From an uncultured Clostridia bacterium (GTDB lineage: Bacteria > Bacillota > Clostridia > TANB77 > CAG-508), in contig CALXYJ010000003.1 in the NCBI GenBank assembly GCA_944392945.1, positions 93,189 through 133,188 on the forward strand: a stretch of DNA of 40,000 bases, read 5' to 3'. A program made the position numbers and the translations under genes. Below are positions 36,417 through 40,000 of the stretch, in pieces. The stretch's first letter is position 1. Each line of letters opens with the position of its first letter. The notes beneath the pieces are model-generated. The model made no database searches. It worked only from the letters and a program-made list of their open reading frames with translations, and was not told where the DNA came from.

Positions 36417-37560
36417 TGAAGGTTAGTCAAACATATGTCACACTTTTTTGAAAAATATATACTTTGAGTACTCTATATTGTTATAACCGATTCTTCTTGA
36501 CTTTTATATTTTTTTAGGAATTCCTTTGGACTCAACCATCCTAGTGGTCTCATTGGAAAATTATTATATTCTTTTCTCCAATCTGCTCCTCTTTTTCTTA
36601 AATCTTCTAAATTCCAAAATATCTTATTGTAGTAAAACCTTTCTTGGTCTTTCCTATGACTTCTTTCTACTCTTCCATTTTGCTTTGGTGTATGTGGCTT
36701 TATTGTTTTATATTCTATTCCTAATTCTTCTAATGTCTCTTCAAATAGCGTTTTTTTATTCTTTAAAAATGCCTGCCAGCTTAATCTATTTGTGAATTCA
36801 AATCCGTTATCTGTTTGTATTGTTTTTATTTCTATTTCATATTGTTCTCTGAAATATCTTACCATCCTTTTTACAAATTCACTCGACGTATATGTACTAT
36901 GCTCATTTGTATACCATATATATCTTATTCTCGTGAATTCATCTATTCCTGTATATTGATAATATTTTTCTCCTTTTTCTTGTAGCTCTGGGCTCATACA
37001 TTTCTTTGGTACATATTTTACATCTACTTGTACTTTCTCTCCTGGATATGTTCCTGTTACCCATTCACTTGACTCTCTCTCTTTTTTCTTACTTGGTGTT
37101 TTTTTATATATTCCTAGTCGTTGTAACACATGATACAATCCTTGCACTGTTCTTGTATATCCTGCTTCTCTTAATTTTACCCATAATACTACTAATCCCG
37201 TATCTTTATTATTGTTTTTGTAATTTTTTATCATTTTTATTTCTTCTTCTGTGTGTTGATTTGGATGATAATGTGGTCTTCTTGATCTATCCCTTAAGCT
37301 CTCTAAGGTACCATCATATCGTTTTCTCCATCTATATATTGTTCTTCTGCATTCGCAAAATTTTATTGCTGCTTTTGTTACTCCATATTTATATGAAAAC
37401 TTTACTACAGACTCTTTATATTTTAACTTTTGTGTGATATTATTACCCATATGAGAGTACCTCCGATACCGTTTATTTGTGGTTATTTAAACAATATCAT
37501 TTTTGGTACTCTCTTTCAATATTTTCAATATTGGTGTGACATATCTATTTTAAACCTATA
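36417..37560 (-). mobile_element. IS481-family-like insertion sequence (about 1.14 kb)
   Basis: Single DDE (rve-type) transposase. Imperfect terminal inverted repeats: TGAAGGTTAGTCAAACATATGTCACAC... (left) versus the reverse complement of the right end, TATAGGTTTAAAATAGATATGTCACAC..., with further similarity for about 55 bp. Flanked by the 26-bp direct repeat. Confidence 0.7.
36473..37450 (-). CDS. DDE transposase, IS481-family-like (HTH + integrase core)
   Basis: 325 aa. RRTIYRWRKRY HTH, SRRPHYHPNQ, D...TDNGFEF...HTPKQNGRVERSHR catalytic core pattern. RBS GGAGG. Confidence 0.7.
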   Translation of the reverse strand: MGNNITQKLKYKESVVKFSYKYGVTKAAIKFCECRRTIYRWRKRYDGTLESLRDRSRRPHYHPNQHTEEEIKMIKNYKNNNKDTGLVVLWVKLREAGYTRTVQGLYHVLQRLGIYKKTPSKKKERESSEWVTGTYPGEKVQVDVKYVPKKCMSPELQEKGEKYYQYTGIDEFTRIRYIWYTNEHSTYTSSEFVKRMVRYFREQYEIEIKTIQTDNGFEFTNRLSWQAFLKNKKTLFEETLEELGIEYKTIKPHTPKQNGRVERSHRKDQERFYYNKIFWNLEDLRKRGADWRKEYNNFPMRPLGWLSPKEFLKKYKSQEESVITI

Positions 37561-37586
37561 TTACTTGGTTTATATTTTTATATTTA
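37561..37586 (+). repeat. Right copy of the 26-bp direct repeat flanking the IS
   Basis: Identical to 36391-36416. It contains the TAA (37584-37586, minus) that ends the extended reading frame of the upstream gene. Confidence 0.9.
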
Positions 37587-37712
37587 ATTATTTGGGAAAA
37601 AATATCCTGCTGTCATATCTAAATAATTTAATCCACTATATTCTGGGTATTCTGCTTTTACTTTTTCTTTAAATTCATTAGAATTTAAGCAATCTTTAGC
37701 AATTTTCTTAAG

Positions 37713-38378
37713 TTATTCAAGATATGCTATTTTTGTATCTACATCTTTTAATGTCTCTGGAGTATAATGACTAGAAAGTACAAAGTTATATCCCTTACCT
37801 TTATATTTTTTTAACTGTGATATTATCACATCTGCATGACCTTCACCTGCTACTATTGAATGGCAATCATGTCCTAGCATATGTGTATACACACAACCAA
37901 TTTGAGGAAATTCAATTTCTATATTTTCATCATGATATGTAATGTTTAATTCAAATCCTCCTATATTTTCTTTATTATCTTTTAATGTGTCTGTAATTTC
38001 ATGATATTCTTTTGCAAAGGTTCCTCCAAAAGACTGTTCAAATCCTGTTACTAAATTATGGATTGTTCCTTCTTTCATTGATTTTATTGTACCTTCTGAA
38101 GCATATCCTTTTACATCTTTAAAAATAGTTCCACCATTTGGATGATCAGAAAATACTTTTCCTACAATATTTTTTCCTATACCTTTTACATATGTTTCAA
38201 ACTCTTGCAAATTATCATAAAATGCTGGGAATTCTATTAATAGCACATTATCTTTGTTTTCTAAAATATAACTTTCATCATACATTAAATCATTTGTTTG
38301 ATAAGCATGTAATTTAATTTCTCCAAAATCATATACTTCTACATATCCTTTTTTTAAATTTACTTTTGTTTTTTCCAT
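37713..38378 (-). CDS. Hypothetical protein (possibly a degenerate MBL-fold relative), perhaps prematurely terminated
   Basis: 221 aa, RBS AGGAG. I found no clean HxHxDH motif. The same frame stays open for 42 further codons after TAA 37713-37715. Confidence 0.4.
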   Translation of the reverse strand: MEKTKVNLKKGYVEVYDFGEIKLHAYQTNDLMYDESYILENKDNVLLIEFPAFYDNLQEFETYVKGIGKNIVGKVFSDHPNGGTIFKDVKGYASEGTIKSMKEGTIHNLVTGFEQSFGGTFAKEYHEITDTLKDNKENIGGFELNITYHDENIEIEFPQIGCVYTHMLGHDCHSIVAGEGHADVIISQLKKYKGKGYNFVLSSHYTPETLKDVDTKIAYLE

Positions 38379-38529
38379 ATAAATACACTCCTATCTCTAT
38401 AAATGAACGATTATCTCTCGATATCTCCATTTATCTTATTTTTTTATTTTATATTAATTAAATTTAATAACATCTTTAATAGACACACTAAAAAGTGTAC
38501 TTTTAATAATTTTATTTAATTTGAATTTA

Positions 38530-38716
38530 CCTAGAATCTTTCTTTACCATTAACCCTATCTTTTCTCTCTGGATCTGATTTCGTCAGTCCTTACCATCCT
38601 TCGTTCAATGTATAAAGATAAAGTGACATGGCATTACTGCTTTAAAACTGGCTCATTTAAGGCCTTATGGAGTGTTCTCCTCTCATGCCACTTTTATCTA
38701 GCTAATTTATATATTT
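38530..38716 (-). ncRNA. Candidate structured non-coding RNA in the IS110-family 3' end (bridge-RNA-like?)
   Basis: On the minus strand, AGATAAAAGTGGCATG...CATGTCACTTTATCT forms a long stem with one bulge. It encloses GGAGAACACTCC and AAGGCCTT hairpins. A second stem-loop is GGACTGACGAAATCAGATCC. GC content is visibly higher than the surroundings. Confidence 0.3.
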
Positions 38717-40000
38717 TTATGCTACTTTTAGTTGTTCTAATCTGTCTTGTGAAAATACTCTTGTAACCTTGTATTCTTCATTTTTTGTTACTACTGCATA
38801 TATTATCTGTAATATCTTTCCTATTACTGCTACTATTGCTTGTTTCTTCTTTAGTTGATTTACTTTTCTTGTTGTTAAATATTTGTATAATTCTTTTATT
38901 TCCTTATTTTTGTTTACCATTGTAAATGCCATTCTGTACAATATACTCCTCAACAAACTTCTTTCTCTTTTTGATATTGTTGTTTTTCCTTTATGATTTC
39001 CTGAGCTATTTTCCACTAGATTTAATCCCGCATATCTTCTTATCTGTTCATAACTATCAAATCTATTTATATCTCCAACTTCTCCTACAAATGTTGCTGC
39101 ACTTACTATTCCAATCCCTTGTATGCTTATTAAACTTTCATAAAATCCTGTCTCTTTTAATTGTTTTTCTAATTCTTGTTCTGTCATTTTTATTTGCTTT
39201 TCTAATAGTTTTGCTTCTTCTATATACATGTTTAATTGGAATTTTGCTCCTTCTTTTCCTTCCATTGTTCCTATGCTCTCATTTGCTAATTCGTATATTG
39301 TTTCTACTTGTTTTTTACTATATCCTCTTTTTACTGTTTTCTTTATATGCTTTAGTAATTCTTCTTTTCCTATGCTTTTTATGTCTTCAGGAAATGGACA
39401 TTCTTTTAGTATTTCTTCTGATGTTCTACTTAATACATTCTTAAATACTTTTGTATATTCTGGAAAGTATTCATCTATTATTGCTACTAATCTACATTTT
39501 ACTGCATTTTGCTTTCTTATCAATTCTGCTCTTGTATTCGACAGGTTTCTTAAATCTGCCCATATCCCTTCTGGTAAATATGGCTCAAAAAATCTTGCAT
39601 CCTTTATTAGTCTCGCTATTGTTATACAGTCTTTTTTATCATTCTTTGTCTGACAATTATCATCAAATTCTTTTGAGTTCTTTACATGGTATGGATTTAC
39701 TGTTACAACTTTTATCCAGTCTATTTTCTTTAAATATCTAGCACAAGATTTCCAATAGTGTCCTGTTGGTTCCATTCCTATTATTGCTTTCTTGAAATTT
39801 AACATTGTTAATACATTTTTTACTGTTTCTACTAGACTTTCAAATCCTTTTTTGTTATTATTAAAAGAGAAAGATTTTTTTATTTCTTTCCCATTTGGTA
39901 GGATTATTCCTGCCCAATGTACATTTTTTGCTATGTCTATTCCTACGATTGCATCTGTGTTTTCAATAGCATCAAATTTTAAATTTTGTGATTTAGTCAT
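38717..40000 (-). CDS. IS110-family transposase/recombinase (DEDD N-domain + Transposase_20 C-domain)
   Basis: N-terminal VGIDIAKNVHW. C-terminal LISIQGIGIVSAATFVGEVGDINRFDSYEQIRRYAGLNLVENSSGNHKGKTTISKRERSLLR. The ATG lies on the last 3 nt of the window. Confidence 0.85.
   Translation of the reverse strand: MTKSQNLKFDAIENTDAIVGIDIAKNVHWAGIILPNGKEIKKSFSFNNNKKGFESLVETVKNVLTMLNFKKAIIGMEPTGHYWKSCARYLKKIDWIKVVTVNPYHVKNSKEFDDNCQTKNDKKDCITIARLIKDARFFEPYLPEGIWADLRNLSNTRAELIRKQNAVKCRLVAIIDEYFPEYTKVFKNVLSRTSEEILKECPFPEDIKSIGKEELLKHIKKTVKRGYSKKQVETIYELANESIGTMEGKEGAKFQLNMYIEEAKLLEKQIKMTEQELEKQLKETGFYESLISIQGIGIVSAATFVGEVGDINRFDSYEQIRRYAGLNLVENSSGNHKGKTTISKRERSLLRSILYRMAFTMVNKNKEIKELYKYLTTRKVNQLKKKQAIVAVIGKILQIIYAVVTKNEEYKVTRVFSQDRLEQLKVA

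Larger units (their letters stand above)
38525..40000 (-). mobile_element. IS110-family element (left end beyond the window; right boundary approximate)
   Basis: Transposase plus a roughly 190-nt GC-richer non-coding tail. AT-rich host-like sequence resumes near 38525. Confidence 0.6.

Noticed and set aside
1269-39741. Numerous plus-strand ORFs of 60-180 aa in the track. Examples: 1269-1469, 2604-2840, 8056-8304, 12395-12631, 19566-19889, 20283-20651, 23323-23892, 29215-29589, 31188-31730, 37006-37437, 38926-39444, 39228-39653.
   Set aside because: Each lies antisense to a long, motif-supported minus-strand gene. Their translations are low-complexity (Leu/Phe/Ile/Ser-rich) with no RBS or recognisable motifs. 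This is the expected antisense artefact in AT-rich DNA.
1-40000. Search for CRISPR arrays, tRNA and rRNA genes
   Set aside because: I saw no regularly spaced direct repeats and no cloverleaf-like GC-rich ~75-nt segments. The only GC-richer stretches are the group II intron RNA and the IS110-family tail.

Overview
Visibly AT-rich chromosomal segment that looks like a low-GC Firmicute (Clostridia-like). Almost all genes are on the minus strand. I saw no rRNA, tRNA or CRISPR array. Housekeeping and metabolic genes include a MacB-type ABC transporter (partial), a DD-carboxypeptidase, MgtA, a MATE exporter fused to a cytidylate-kinase-like domain, an acyl-CoA ligase, RarA, NrdD/NrdG and PheS/PheT behind a T-box leader. 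There is also an aldo/keto-reductase cluster with exported members, and a macrodomain + class-M-like sirtuin pair. A tight marR / DUF5685-like / J-domain / zinc-ribbon membrane protein / DagK operon is mostly of unknown function. Mobile DNA comprises a 3'-truncated group II intron inserted just after the dagK terminator and fused to an ABC-gene remnant, an intact IS481-like element with an unusually long 26-bp flanking direct repeat, and an IS110-family element with a structured, GC-richer 3' non-coding end. The signal I rate highest is a 29-nt hairpin repeat (TGAACTTTAGGGACGTTCCTTAAAGTTCA). It occurs five times and always overlaps, abuts or lies 3 nt from the stop codon of an unrelated gene. 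Four copies are clearly in that gene's sense orientation and the fifth is ambiguous. Several genes look decayed: LysR (frameshift + in-frame TGA), a CaCA antiporter (frameshift), a small ORF (frameshift) and one gene with an in-frame TAA. All 34 natural stop codons I read are TAA or TAG.
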